Shown here piece by piece: positions 1-13,006 of a DNA stretch of 64,000 bases. The notes below the pieces were generated by a model. It saw only the letters and a list, made by a program, of their open reading frames with translations. It had not been told where the DNA came from and made no database searches. The stretch comes from Octopus vulgaris (Eukaryota). How positions within the stretch are numbered: position 1 is the first letter of the stretch; every line of letters starts with the position of its first letter. The translations under genes and the position numbers were made by a program. The DNA is taken from positions 162,998,001-163,062,000 of the forward strand of contig OX597814.1 of the NCBI GenBank assembly GCA_951406725.2, in the 5' to 3' direction.

Positions 1-47
1 TATTGTATGGTGTGGTTTCCATTATAATAGATCAATTCAGACTGCAT

Positions 48-127
<80 letters not shown>

Positions 128-228
128 TGTATGTATGTATCTATGTATGTATGTATGTATGTATGCATGTATGTATGCATGTATGTATACACACACATAT
201 TTATATATATATATATATATATATATAA

Positions 229-261
<33 letters not shown>

Positions 262-323
262 TGTATGTATCTATGTATGTATGTATGTATGCATGTATGT
301 ATGCATGTATGTATACACACACA

Positions 324-362
<39 letters not shown>
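48..362. repeat. Compound (TA)n/(TATG)n microsatellite with a ~126-130 bp higher-order duplication
   Basis: Variant units ATCTATG (c at 141 and 271) and ACACACATATTT recur in the same order in two blocks. Confidence 0.9.
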
Positions 363-367
<5 letters not shown>

Positions 368-750
368 CACTTTTAGCAGCAACACCCAGCAAAAGAATGC
401 ATACGCTTAAGCCTTTTTTCTATACAAAAGACATGAGGAATCCTTTTTCCCTTTCTCTCGTCCTCACTTGTGCTGATATATGTCAAACCTATGAAATCGC
501 ACTTCAATATATTTTCAGTAAAACTATAATGCGAAAATATTTATTATGTGAAAAAATATTTTTGTATTTTTATTTCATACGTATGAAAATAGGCGTAGGC
601 GTGACTGTGTGGGAAGAAGCTTACTTCCCAACCACATGATTCCAGATTCAGTCCCACTGCGCGGAACCTTGGGTTAGTGTCTTCTGTAACCTCAGGTCGA
701 CCAAAGCCTTGTGACGGAATTTGCTAGACGGAAACTGAAAGAAGCCTGTC

Positions 751-827
<77 letters not shown>

Positions 828-855
828 TGTGTATGTATATGTTTGTATATATATT

Positions 856-911
<56 letters not shown>

Positions 912-913
<2 letters not shown>

Positions 914-1623
914 AATTTAAAATTGAGGATAAAATCTTTATAAGAAAGTATCAGTAGTTAGCGTGGAAAACCTCGTAAGACAAAAAATCCGTAAATTTTT
1001 CCACTTTGAAAATATTTATTTATATTATATAGAGGGTACTACTATTCATAGATACCGCACGCTAGGAGGGACCCTTGCGGTCAAAACTACTAAAATAAAC
1101 AAATTGTACCGAATGCAAAACTTCAAAGCAAGTCATTTAAAAAAAGAATTTAGTTACATATCACCTGTGATTTCGCAATTAATGCAGAATATGCATTCTA
1201 TGCTCATCAGTGCAACAAACTCAAGACATATAAGAAAAAACATAATATTACAAACCCGACAGCCAACCGTAGAATTCGTCGTAGCATGTACGAATGTTTA
1301 TCTTTACATATCTATGAAAATGGCGGGCTTATTCGCAATGCATTTCGGTAACAAATTGCTTACTCGGAACAAAAATTCAGTATTGAACTATTCCGGTGAA
1401 AAATATAAATTTAAAATTGAGGATAAAATCTTTATAAGAAATTATCAGTAGTTAGCGTGGAAAACCTCGTAAGAGAAAAAATTCGTAAATTTTTCCACTT
1501 TGAAAATATTTATTTATATTATATAGAGGGTACTACTATTCATAGATACCGCACGCTAGGAGGGACCCTTGCGGTCAAAACTACTAAAATAAACAAATTG
1601 TACCGAATGCAAAACTTCAAAGC

Positions 1624-1624
<1 letters not shown>
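912..1624 (-). mobile_element. Retrozyme-like insert: 1.44 copies of a 494-bp tandem unit containing a hammerhead ribozyme
   Basis: 219-bp direct repeats at 912-1130 and 1406-1624 (3 substitutions seen), period 494; (TA)n on both sides; HHR at 1153-1216 on the minus strand. Confidence 0.85.
1153..1216 (-). ncRNA. Type I hammerhead ribozyme (canonical core)
   Basis: Minus strand: GTTGCA CTGATGA GCA-tag-AATGCA-tattc-TGCATT-aat-TGC GAAA TCAC-ag-GTGA TA TGTAAC; stems I, II and III all pair; AUA triplet, cleavage predicted between 1159 and 1158. Confidence 0.92.
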
Positions 1625-1658
<34 letters not shown>

Positions 1659-2456
1659 TGTATGTATGTATGTATGTATGTATGTATGTATGTATGTATG
1701 TATGTATGTATTTGTGCCTGTCTTTATGTCTGTGTTTGTCCCTCTTCGCCGCTTGACTATTGGTGTCGCTGTGTTTATGCGTCCTCATAACTTAGCGGTT
1801 CAGTAAAAAGACACTAATAGAATTTTTTAAAAAAAGGCGTGGGGTCGACTTGTCTGACTAAAACCCTTCAAGGTGCTGCCCCAGTATGGCCGCGGTAACT
1901 GAAGCACGTAGAAGGTAAAAGATGAATGCGAAGAACAAAACTATTTTCTGCCTTATGTTTAAAATTTAAACTTGTTTTATTTATATAAAATTATTTACGT
2001 ATATAAAAAAATTTGACTCATTTTCAACCTTTTCATGGTATTTTTCATATATGTGTGTGCCTGTGTGTGTGTGTAAGAGAATTATTTCAATGAAGCATAT
2101 ACATTTCAGTGAACCTACCTGGTTTCACTATTACTTTGTCTTACTTTTTGAATACTCCGTTTCCAACGTGAAATGAGGAATATTTTGCTGCTATTTCTAA
2201 TCCGTTGAGTGACCACTTAGAAGCGACTTCATTGTCAAGTATAGTATTGGAGGAAGGCGGTGATGGTAGCTTGATATTTATTGGTTCACTCAGAATTCTC
2301 AAAATATATCATACTATACTATGTATACACTATAATGTTTATATGATGAAAAATAAATGAAGAAAAGTAAACATTCCTTTTTTTAAACAGAAATAGGTAC
2401 AAATTAATACACTTCTAAAGTAGAATATGTTTAATTTCTATCAAACCAATTTAAAA

Positions 2457-2514
<58 letters not shown>

Positions 2515-2661
2515 AAATAACGATAATATCTATATTCAAATATCGATCTTATCAAGTGGCCAGCATGGGAATAAATACCATACAAAGGTAATGATTTTTT
2601 TAAACTATAAATTACGGTATCTGAGAGATACCACCATGCTGAAATAGCAGTCAAAACCCTG

Positions 2662-2696
<35 letters not shown>

Positions 2697-2736
2697 CTGT
2701 ATTTATGTGCTTATCTGGTATATTCAACTGAAGAAC

Positions 2737-2809
<73 letters not shown>

Positions 2810-3626
2810 ATTAACCAACTTCAAAAACAGGATCTGTTTATTCAATAGATTGTGCAGTATATTGTGCGACATTACAACAGAATTCCGGATTTCTGGAAAT
2901 TCCGGATAGCTTGAAGCCGGATAGGAGGACCGGTGCTGTATAACCTATTTCCATCTGTGTTTATTTAAAAAGTTCTCATTCATAAACACATCTATATTTC
3001 TTAGTCCTTGTTGTGTTCTGTACTTTTTAACCGACCGGATGTATGTGTCAGAATCGTCACTGAAAGGTGTTGTAAGCGATAAAGTTTGTTTTGCTCTGAA
3101 ATGGTTGTAAACTACATTTTTTAAGCCCTACTCTTTTGCTAACTGTACAACCTCAGCCAACTTGTTTAGTTTTTTCCATCAATTTGTATATTTTGTTTTG
3201 TTTTGTTCTTTAAGGCCATGAATTTCAATCCCTCATGGAAAAGTACTATACATACATACATGCACACATACACACACACATGCGCAGACATACGCGCGCA
3301 CGTGTATGTGTGGGTGTGAGAGAGAGAGAGAGTAGTTGTGAAAGAAAGTATACAAACTTAAAACCAGTTCAAATATGTTTGAATGATATTTGAACCCGTG
3401 AAGGCTTTCGTTACAGTTTGTCATGGACAAAATAATTCTCGCTAGAGATAAAAACTTGCTTAAAATATTATAGTCAGCTCAGAGCATTCTCTATCGGACT
3501 AGCAACCTCTTAACACGGAAAAAAAACTAATATCCAACTAGGACCGTCCAAGAACGGTCCGATGAGCGCTATAGTCCAGAATGAAACTAAGAAGAAGAAA
3601 GGATTGCAGTATTATAATTAACATAT

Positions 3627-3833
3627 TGGTTTCAAATTTTGACACAAGGCCAGCAATTTAAGGAGAGGGAGTAAGTCGATTATATCGAGCCCAGTGCTCA
3701 ACCAGTATTTAATTTATCGACATGATGAAAGGCAAAGTTGACCCCGGTAAAATTTGAACTCAGCAGGTAAAGACAGACGAAATGCTGCTAAGCATTTTTA
3801 CCGGCACGGTAACGTTTCTACAAGCTCACCGCT
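3627..3833 (-). mobile_element. tRNA-derived SINE family A (diverged, tail type 2)
   Basis: Reverse complement of the head/GAGTTCAAAT B-box/GCCTTTCATC core with the GGCCTTGTGTCAAAATTTGAAA tail. Confidence 0.8.
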
Positions 3834-3945
3834 TTATTATATGCAAATAGGAAACAATTTTTAATTACTATTATGGCAGAAACAGCACTAAACTAATGAA
3901 AGTGATAATATCAATTCTGTTATTTGGTCATTTGTTATTTTATAT

Positions 3946-4168
3946 TTATTTCTTGATTGCCCACAGGGGGCTAAACATAGATAGGACAAACAAAGGGATT
4001 AAGTCGATTACATCGACTCCAGTGCGTAACTGGTACTTATTTAATTGACCCCGAAAAGGATGAAAGATAAAGTCAACCACAGTGAAATTTGAACTCAGAG
4101 CGTAGCGGCAGACGAAATACCGCTAAGTATTTCGTCCGGCGTGCTAACGATTCTGCCAGCTCGCCGCC
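3946..4168 (-). mobile_element. tRNA-derived SINE family A (tail type 1)
   Basis: Reverse complement of GGCGGCGAGCTGGCAGAATCGTTAGCAC...GAGTTCAAAT...TTTAGCCCCCTGTGGGCAAT. Confidence 0.88.
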
Positions 4169-4324
4169 TTTCGTTATTTGATATTACTCTCTGCCACTGA
4201 CCGGATGTTTTGCTGTATATTGAGCTCTAACAACAGATTATTGCTATCGTTGTGACTAGATGGAATCATAAAATGTACATGCTTGTATGTATGTATGTTC
4301 TCTTCTTTTATTAAATATTTAAAT

Positions 4325-4715
4325 TCTACCTCTGAAGTAGGAACGGATTTCTAACAAAAATACAAACGTCCATTGTTGGAATGTAGATATCATAAACAAA
4401 GTCACATTTTAAACTTGAAAAAATCCTTGCATATTGTTCTGCGTACAGATTGTATTTGTGATGTGCGAGTTATTTGACTGATTTCTTTTTCTGAAAATCC
4501 CAGCTTATCCAGATTGTCGCTTAGGCAATTACTCACAAAAACCAAGTGCACCAACTGGTATAAATGTGAATTTGTAATCTAGATATAGCTGCTGGAGGTT
4601 TCGAAGCAGCTGTCTTAGTTCTCTTTCTCTTTGCTATTCAAAGCGATATTTATATCAGTAGGACAGCCGACCTCTATGTTGGTACATACTTTTTCTTGTC
4701 TGTCCAAACCAACGA
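4325..4715 (-). pseudogene. 3' end of an R4/Dong-like (restriction-like endonuclease) non-LTR retrotransposon
   Basis: Minus strand translates to DIVGLDRQEKVCTNIEVGCPTDINI...LYLDYKFTFIPVGALG...LDKLGFSEKEI...KFKM*; same family as 29598-30500. Confidence 0.75.
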
Positions 4716-5007
4716 TATCCATATTCAAAGCTGAGTTCTTGTGATTCCCTAATTGAAGTCTGTTGTTCTCCATCTTCAGTGCACTCGAGAACGAGAAACA
4801 TCAAGTAGCACACACAAAGACTCAATGTTGAAGAATATTATTCAGCTTCACTCGTAGCACTGAATGCATTCGTTTGACGTCATTGCATTTCACAAGACTG
4901 GGATAAAGCTCACCATTTTATTTATGTATGTAATGTGTACAAACAGACATAGACACACACACACATATAAGCAAATAAATACATACATATGTATGCGCAT
5001 ATATACG

Positions 5008-5114
<107 letters not shown>

Positions 5115-5130
5115 CACACACACACACACA

Positions 5131-5495
5131 CGAGGGATACCCAAAAGTAACCGGAAACGTTCTCTGTGGGACAAGCCCGTTGTAGTTCAGGCTTCCGCCA
5201 CTAGAAGCCACTTGATGCGACCTACAAGCATCAATCTGCCGACGACCGGTGTCATCGGATGAAGTCGTACTACCACGTGGTGCGTCTTTGTTTTGCAGTG
5301 CTTCTCCCCTGTTTGTTGATTTTTGCGATGGCTGAAACGAAGGAACAGCTTGCTCCCTGAAATTCTGTTTTCTTCTGGTGAAGTCACCGGTCGAAACAGT
5401 TGTCATGCTTCAAACAGATTACAAGGACAGTACCGCGAGCAAAACATAAGTTTACGGGTGGCTTCCACGTTTTAGGAATGGTCACTTGTCACTTG

Positions 5496-5497
<2 letters not shown>
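5131..5497 (+). mobile_element. Mariner transposon 5' fragment
   Basis: TIR-like CGAGGGATACCCAAAAGTAACCGG; 5360-5497 reads [45 protein letters not shown] (mariner N-terminal HTH); truncated by (GATA)n. Confidence 0.8.
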
Positions 5498-5546
<49 letters not shown>

Positions 5547-5555
5547 CAGATAGAC

Positions 5556-5611
<56 letters not shown>
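5497..5611. repeat. (GATA)n microsatellite
   Basis: Direct. Confidence 0.95.
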
Positions 5612-5612
<1 letters not shown>

Positions 5613-6142
5613 TTCAAAGAGGCTTCAAAGAATCTTCTGCAGAGTTTCTCTACTGTCATCTAAATAGTTTGAGTAAGTTCGAGGCTATGGTAAAAGTACT
5701 TGCTTCAAAGTGACTTGCAGCAGGATCGAAACTGGAATGCTGTGGTTGCTAAACAATGGTCTTAGTTAAAAGTCCATGCCTGCTGACGTCAGAACTTTTT
5801 GTCAACGATTCAGTGGAATTAAGAGATGTGTAGTTGCGTTGCTTTATTAATGTTGTACTTCAGTCGTGGCAGATCATCTGCAAAGGAAAAATATGAAGTA
5901 TACTTAAATTTAAGAAGATCGTTGCTCACTTCAGTTGACTAGGTATGACAATAAGCTCCACTAGAGATCAAAGACAGTGCCAATTAGTTGGCATTATAAA
6001 TACATACATATATTCAGGCATACATACACACACACACACACACACACTCACATATATATATATTCAACTACAGTTATATACGTATAAATTATGTAAATAT
6101 ATACCGAACACTATAGACATATTTACATATATATGTATATAT

Positions 6143-6176
<34 letters not shown>

Positions 6177-6217
6177 ATATATATGTCTCTGTATGTGTGT
6201 ATCTGTGTATGGGCGTG

Positions 6218-6219
<2 letters not shown>

Positions 6220-6300
<81 letters not shown>
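6220..6300. repeat. (GT)n microsatellite
   Basis: Direct. Confidence 0.95.
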
Positions 6301-6303
<3 letters not shown>

Positions 6304-7112
6304 TGTGAGTGTGGCATTATCGTAATTCCTCGCTTCTCATGAATAAGCTGAACGAAGTGTTTAGAATTATAAAGAATTGAAAGTTTAGCTAACTACAATT
6401 ATTTCAATACAACCATTTCTGTAGCAGACTCTCAGAGGATTTCAGTTTGACTGTAGTGCACCTGAATGATTTAATCCTCCAACCGATTTAACACTTTCAC
6501 CTGACCCTGCATTTTCGGGACGGAGGCCTAGGTACAGGAGGAGGCAGCTGAGCACATAGTCCTCATATACTCTTACAGAATGGTAACATCATTGTGAAAA
6601 GGTTTCTCTTATACAGCTGCAAGTCAACACTTTATAAAAAAAACAAAAAAAAAACGCAGAGGAGTTCCAGATAGCCAACATCACTGAAGAAGAAGGACTG
6701 GTTGTATAGGTTACTGTGTACCATAGTGTGGACAACATTAAGTTTGACGGGGATGGGATTGGGGTGAGTGAGCAGCGAATACTTGAATGAAATGTCATAT
6801 GACCAACCAGCTCTTAAGAGTAGAATCCATTGTAGTTGCGGTAGAAAAGGTGGAGATAGAAGACAACAAAGCCGAGGGCCAAGTGTCGAAAATGTGATTT
6901 TTTTTCCCATTTGGTACTTCATCGTCTTATACATGAAAAGAGGTATATATATATATATTTTTTTTTTCAAATTTCAAAAGCGGTAAATAAAAGTTGTTGA
7001 GGAAGGAACAGAGCTACGAAAAATAATGAAACATTACGGTAAAAATATTTTACTTGTTAATTCAAATAACATTTGAAAGAAACGAACGAATTTTTCTGAA
7101 CAACTTAGTATA

Positions 7113-7815
7113 CGAAGTGGTATCGAAACGTTCATGGACTAGCTCTTTAGCGCGCCAGCAGATGGCAGCACGCGGTTGAGCGTGCAGTGAGAGCCAGCCT
7201 GACTTTCATGAGGCAGTGTGCCTAGTGACATCGCTGTGCTTACTTCGCAAGTTGTGAAATTTGTGTTTTTGTGATCACATGTATGCTGCAGTCTACAATT
7301 TTGTCATGGGCAGGAACAAAGCGCCATGAAATTTTGCGTTAAACTTGGGAATTTTGCAACAAAGACATTGAAGCGTTTGAAGAAGGACATCCGGCGAAAG
7401 CGACCGGATCTGTGGAGTGCAAAGAATCGGATTCTTCACGACGACAATGCACCTTGTCACCGAGCTCTACTCACTCGTGAGTTTCTCGCCAAAAAACAAC
7501 ATGGTATTGTTTCCGCATCCGTCCTATTCGCCAGATATATTACCTGCGGACTTCGATCTTTTCCCCCAAGATGAAAATGCGGCTCAAAGGTAACCGTTTT
7601 AACACTGTTGTCGAGACCAAGAGCAAATTGTAGAAGGTCTTCGACTCGCTTACGGAAAGCGACTTCCAGATTGGATTCTAAAAGTGGCTGGAATCCTGGG
7701 ACCGGTGTATTGCTGCGCAAGGTGATTATTTCGAAGGAGATGGTGTTAAAACTTAGGCAAATAAGTTAGTTTTTATTAAACATAATTAGACCGGGAACTT
7801 TTTGATACAACCTCG
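7113..7815 (+). mobile_element. Internally deleted mariner element with both TIRs and TA target duplication
   Basis: TA|CGAAGTGGTATCGAAACGTTCATGG ... CCGGGAACTTTTTGATACAACCTCG|TA; remnants MKFCVKLG, ILHDDNAPCH, YSPDILPADFDLFPKMK, WDRCIAAQGDYFEG. Confidence 0.9.
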
Positions 7816-7912
7816 TATATCTGTCTATTTGTGTATGCATGTATGTCTCTATGCATTTACGTGTATGTGTGTGCTTGTGTGGGGGTGGGTATACAGTGTG
7901 TGGACATGTGTA

Positions 7913-7958
<46 letters not shown>

Positions 7959-8025
7959 GAAATTTTTGCCTAATTAAGATAAAAAACCAAAGCTGTGTAG
8001 ATATTAGAGCATTTATAGATAGAAG

Positions 8026-8077
8026 GTCTTACAGCTGTTTCTAGGATATTTATTAATTATATCCCTTCATCGGAGAC
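8026..8077 (-). ncRNA. Minimal Penelope-type hammerhead ribozyme (core variant CCGATGA)
   Basis: Minus: GTCT CCGATGA agGGATAT-aattaataa-ATATCCta GAAA CAGCTG TA AGAC; palindromic stem III; flanks match the family at 45000-45181. Confidence 0.75.
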
Positions 8078-8637
8078 GGTGTGAGAGGATGGTTAAGTCA
8101 TAGTTATTTTAGATGTGTTACAAAATAAAGAATGAGGTGGAGGAAAGAAAATAGATGCAAGATATGTATGGATATTGAAGTTATAAATCCATTTTTTAGG
8201 CATAATGGTATATATGCAATATTCCAATATCCTATGAGTAAAGTCCAAAAGTCCAACATATATATATATGTAATAGATCTGAGATCCAGTTGTGTTTCCT
8301 CAGGTGTTGTCTCCGTTAGTTTAAAATCGCATCCGTCCGTCTTGGTTTGAATTTTGTAGCTGTTGGTAGATTCATGCTGCTTGCTGCCAAAGTATGTTGG
8401 ACTGCTATGAGTGGCTGTTCGGTACCGGTTGATCACTGACATGTTCTTCATGGTTGGCTACACATGCTAATTTTGTTAGCTGACTTTTAATATTCGGTGG
8501 TCGGATATATACACACATACACACACAGAGACTCACTCACGCCCTCTAACACACAAACAAACCTATGTATGTGTGCCTATATACACACAGATACGCTCAC
8601 ATATACATACATATACATTCACGTACGCTTATATACA

Positions 8638-8890
8638 TTCTTTTAGTCATTTGACTGCGACCTTGCTGGAGCACCGACTTTTGTCGAAGAAATCGACCCT
8701 GGGATTTATTCTTTGTAAGCCTAGTACTTATTCTATCGGTCTCTTTTGCCGAACCTCTAAATTACGGGGACGTAAACATACCAACATCGGTTGTCAAGCG
8801 ATGGTGGGGGACAAACACAGACACACAAAAACACACAAACGCACACACACACACACACATATATCTTTCAGTTTCCGTCTACCAAATCCA
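8638..8890 (-). mobile_element. SINE family B, 5'-truncated
   Basis: Reverse complement of the family B 3' half plus TGGATTTGGTAGACGGAAACTGAAAG. Confidence 0.85.
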
Positions 8891-9309
8891 TTGGTTAGTA
8901 ACCCTAACTCTCACACTATCACTCCCATATATGCAAATATGCCTTGAAGTCGAAGATTCTAAATTAACGGAGACAATACTTGAATATCCCCTGTGATTAA
9001 AAAATAACTGCCCGACTGCAGCAGCACTCGGTTGGTACTAATTTAAGCTTCAAAGAGTCAGTTAATAGTATTAAACCGGAGGCCGGATTAAGTCTGCCAG
9101 TGACAAACAAGTACAGTCCACCATTTTCTCATTTAGACATGGTTGCAAATTGCCGCTTGGTATTTGTTTAACTTTCACTCAAAACGAAAATAATTTTGTT
9201 AACCAGAAGACATTTCTTTCTCCTTATACATAACACATTAAAGTATACCACTCATCACACACACACACACACACAGATACATACAAGCATGCACGCGTGC
9301 ACACACACA

Positions 9310-9490
9310 CATACATACATACATACATACATACATACATACATACATACATACATACATACATACATACATACATACATACATACATACCCTGTTAATG
9401 TTGTTGAAATTCCAATGAAGGAGCCTTAGATCTAGGTTAGAATTCGACTCTTTCTCTATTGGCAAGAAATCTTGAAATTAAAATGAACAG
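9310..9490 (+). mobile_element. (CATA)n plus a 3'-UTR-like repeat of the R4/Dong-like family
   Basis: CCTGTT...GAAATTCCAATGAAGGAGCCTT.GATCTAGGTTAG...CTTTCTCTATTGGCA.GAAATCTTGAAAT closely matches 39001-39095. Confidence 0.65.
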
Positions 9491-10283
9491 GGATATAGTG
9501 CACTGAAAGCTTTAATTTCTTCGGATAATGTTTTAAGCGTCGTAGATTAACAATTTTGAAAAAAAAAACTTGGTTTTCTCACTACACAGTAGTTTGTGGA
9601 CATAATAAATCATAAAGACTATTTTATTTACAACATAACTTTTATTACTTTTATAACATTAAAAATCAGTGTCACGTAGTAAATTATATGAATTGATATC
9701 AAACGATACTGAGATGAGGTACAGCTGCGTATATCTACTGAGCAACCATTAAAAGGTTTCTGTTTGATAAGTAATTAAGTAACTTAAATGATAGGGCACT
9801 TCAAATTTGTACAGATTAGGGTCCAAATGCTACCTGTCTATCATTTTTATCTTTCTTTATCTCTCAGCCCTTCTCAAGTCTCGCTCCTTTAGTCCATAAA
9901 TCTGGTAACCCATGTGTCTATTTTTACCCCTTTATTTATTTTGTTTCCACTCCCTTCCTCTCCCTGTCTTGATTCCTTCGTATAAAAACATATACGAACA
10001 AACTCATACACTAATATTACTTACAGTTATTTATTATACCAATCGTTCTTACGGAAAGTAAAGAGCTAGAGTAGATGTGTTATGGAATCTACTTTGTTGC
10101 CTCAAATTTCTGAGCTTGAATCTATTGCTTTGTTCGATGCTGCTTTTCATGAATCTTTGCTTCATGCAAGACTGCATCAGTGATATATTGGTGTTTGTTT
10201 GTATCGCTACACCTCTCTATATCCAACCTATTTACAAAACTAAATGTTTTCCTTGTTTTATTTTACATTTGCAAGCACATATA

Positions 10284-10514
10284 TATTCCTTTACTACCCA
10301 CAAGGGGCTAAACACAGAGGGGACAATCAAGGACAGACAAACGGATTAAGTCGATTACATCGACCCCAGTGCGTAACTGGTACTTAATTTATCGACCCCG
10401 AAAGGATGAAAGGCAAAGTCGACCTCTGCTGAATTTGAACTCAGAACGTAACGGCAGACGAAATACGGCTATGCATTTCGGCCGGCGTGCTAACGTTTCT
10501 GCCAGCTCGCTGCC
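10284..10514 (-). mobile_element. SINE family A, full length
   Basis: Reverse complement of head, B-box, core and tail type 1. Confidence 0.9.
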
Positions 10515-11550
10515 TTTTGCAAGGACATATTGTGGTACATCTCTTGATAGTGTTGTTGTTGATGCCAGCCTTTGTTCAGCAGACCATAGGCGATCAAGCC
10601 GTGGCCATCATGAGTTATACTATTCCAAGGACTTCATTGTTCAACAAGTCATTATTTATTTGAGATGTCTGGGAGTAATTTGAGAAAAACTTGGCTGCTT
10701 ATTTGATGCAAGTAGAGCGACTGCATGGGATTTACTCCATTGACTCATGTTGTTGTTGTTGTTGTTGTTGTCGTCGTCATCGTCGTCATTGTCATTATTG
10801 TTGTGGTTCAGCTTCACGTCAGCTTTACATGGTATCATCTATACAGACACAGTTTTGTTGTTGTTTAATCCCAGGTCAACTTTGGTCAACCAGAACAATG
10901 AGAAAAGGCATTCTAGCTCTTCTAATACCATCTTTTTTATTCCAAACACTTTTTCACCTGCCCCTACCTTTTCCAAGACAGCGGGGTATTATTTGAGAGA
11001 GATTTGGCTGTCATTTCTTTACAGCAATCCCGTTGCTGGCCATGCAATACAGTAATATCGAACTGTATTTCATTTAACTGCTGATGTTCTAAAGCGGCTG
11101 AATGGTGATGCCTGTAGCCTTTACAGAGAGGTATGATATCAGAATGAAATTTATGAATGAAATTAGTGTGGTTTGAGAGAAAAAAGTGTTAGTGGTGAAA
11201 AAACATATGATTAGGTTAATAAATTCCAGAAATAGGAAATTCTGAGAAAGATGGGTAGTGCATACTGCTTAGCGAATAATCTAAATATAGCAATAAAACG
11301 AAAAGAATAAAATGTGGAGCTGTATGCTCAACAGATATAGATATAAGGATAGTAATAGCATTTGTTAAAAGTGCAGGAACTTACAGAAACAACAATTCGG
11401 CTAAACACTGTAAAACTTTATACTGAACTGACCCTTTCTGAAAAAAAAAAAGCCAGTGATTATATTTGTTTAAAATATGTTTAGATAAGAATGATAAAAA
11501 AGAAAAAGAAAAGACAAAACGTAAATTTGAAGATGCGGAAAATGGAGTGA

Positions 11551-11553
11551 GTG

Positions 11554-11641
<88 letters not shown>

Positions 11642-11660
11642 CGTGTGTGTGTGTGTGTGC
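11551..11660. repeat. (GT)n microsatellite
   Basis: Direct. Confidence 0.95.
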
Positions 11661-12680
11661 GTGTTTGACGTATGCATTGTCCGCGAATGTGTATTTGACT
11701 GTTTGTGAATGGATATGCGTAAATATAATTTCAGCGAATCATGTTAGCATTCGGTGCGTATTTAATATTTAGTTTGAACTGAATGTATACGTAAGATAAT
11801 GGATTCATACATGCTTGAGTTGGTGCTCAATGGACCCAATAAGACTGAATGCATCAATTCCAGCAAGTTGCAGAAAGCTTAAACCTGTACAGAGTTGTCT
11901 TGTTGATAAAGAAAATGGGAGAATCATGTTTAATTCACTTAACGGGCTTTAAGCGAAATGTGTGACGAAAGACAACTATATCTTGGCGCCATATTCAATT
12001 CTGTAAACACTGATAAAAAACGAAGTAGAAACCACCACCACTATAGTAACAATAATATAACTACTAGAAGTTTTGTCTGAATTTTTATAGACTGATGAAC
12101 AGGGACTAATGTCCGCATCTTGATTCTAACAGTTGCAATGTTTCAGTTATTGTACCCTTCTTCAGATACTGTTGGTATTCAGTAACTTTCTCAGTATGTT
12201 TAACTTAACATCTTTATTCAAACCACGGACAAAGATTATTCTCATTCTTTTGTCCATACCAAAGACATTTTCCTATTAGTTATTATTTTGCTTGTGACGT
12301 CACTTAAACTAGAATATATATTACCTGACCGACCCTGGTATTGAGCTTACATCCATTACCTAAATTACTTCACTTAATACTTGACATTTAGCATTTAATC
12401 GATGGGATAGTGAAGATGCGTGTTAATAGAGTTTCAGGTGTTTGTTTTGTGTAGCGATTTAGCTAGTGGATATGAGTTCGATCCTTGAGGTGGTCAAGCA
12501 ATATATACATTGGGGTTTTAAGCGTAAAGAGTGGTGCGTTGTGTTCTTGAACCAAACACTCTGTTTTTCATTACTCCAGTCCACCCAGCTGTAAATTTGT
12601 TCCAACAATAGCGGAAAGTAAACCCTACGATGGACTGGCGGCCTCTTCAGGAGAGTATGTGGTAATCTCAGCTGCTTATA

Positions 12681-13006
12681 CGACGTCATGGCTCACTGGT
12701 TAGAGCGCCAGGCTCACAATCATGCGGTACTAAATTCGATTCCCGGAGTGGACTGTGTGTTGTGTTCTTGAGCAAGACACTTTATTTCATGTTGCTCCAG
12801 TTCACTCACCTGTAAAAATGAGTTGCAACATCTCTGGTGCCAAGTTGTAACGACCTTTGCGTTTCCTTTGGATGACATTGGTGGTATGAAGAGGGGAGGC
12901 TTGTATGCCTCTCCTCTTGCCCAGACTTGTGCTTCGGAGGATAATTTTCTAGGTGCAGTCCCATGGTCATTCATGACCGAAAGGAGTCTTTACTCTTACC
13001 CTTTAT
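12681..13006 (+). mobile_element. tRNA-derived SINE with V/CORE-like central domain (family C)
   Basis: A-box TGGCTCACTGG, B-box-like TTCGATTCC, central GTTGTGTTCTTGAGCAAGACACTTTATTTC...CTCCAGTTCACTCA, short-repeat tail CTTTACTCTTACCCTTTA. Confidence 0.75.

Larger units (their letters stand above)
591..1925 (+). mobile_element. tRNA-derived SINE family B (CORE-like domain, internal microsatellite), split by a 713-bp insert
   Basis: Head AGGCGTAGGCGTGACTGTGTGG...GGAAACTGAAAGAAGCCTGTCG 591-751; microsatellite; 3' half TGTGTTTGTCCC...CCAGTATGGCCGC 1711-1925; matches intact copies at 42978 and 47339. Confidence 0.85.

Noticed and set aside
910-1624. LTR/TRIM interpretation (TG...CA direct repeats)
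   Set aside because: The second repeat starts TA, there is no primer-binding site or convincing polypurine tract, and the internal hammerhead fits a tandem retrozyme better
963-1756. Duplicated 162/99-aa ORFs (MENLVR...)
   Set aside because: No ATG start and no recognisable domain; explained by the non-coding 494-bp tandem unit, whose ribozyme is on the opposite strand
12128-12170. Possible minus-strand hammerhead (CTGAAGA...GAAA)
   Set aside because: Stems I and II pair poorly; could be a relic or chance
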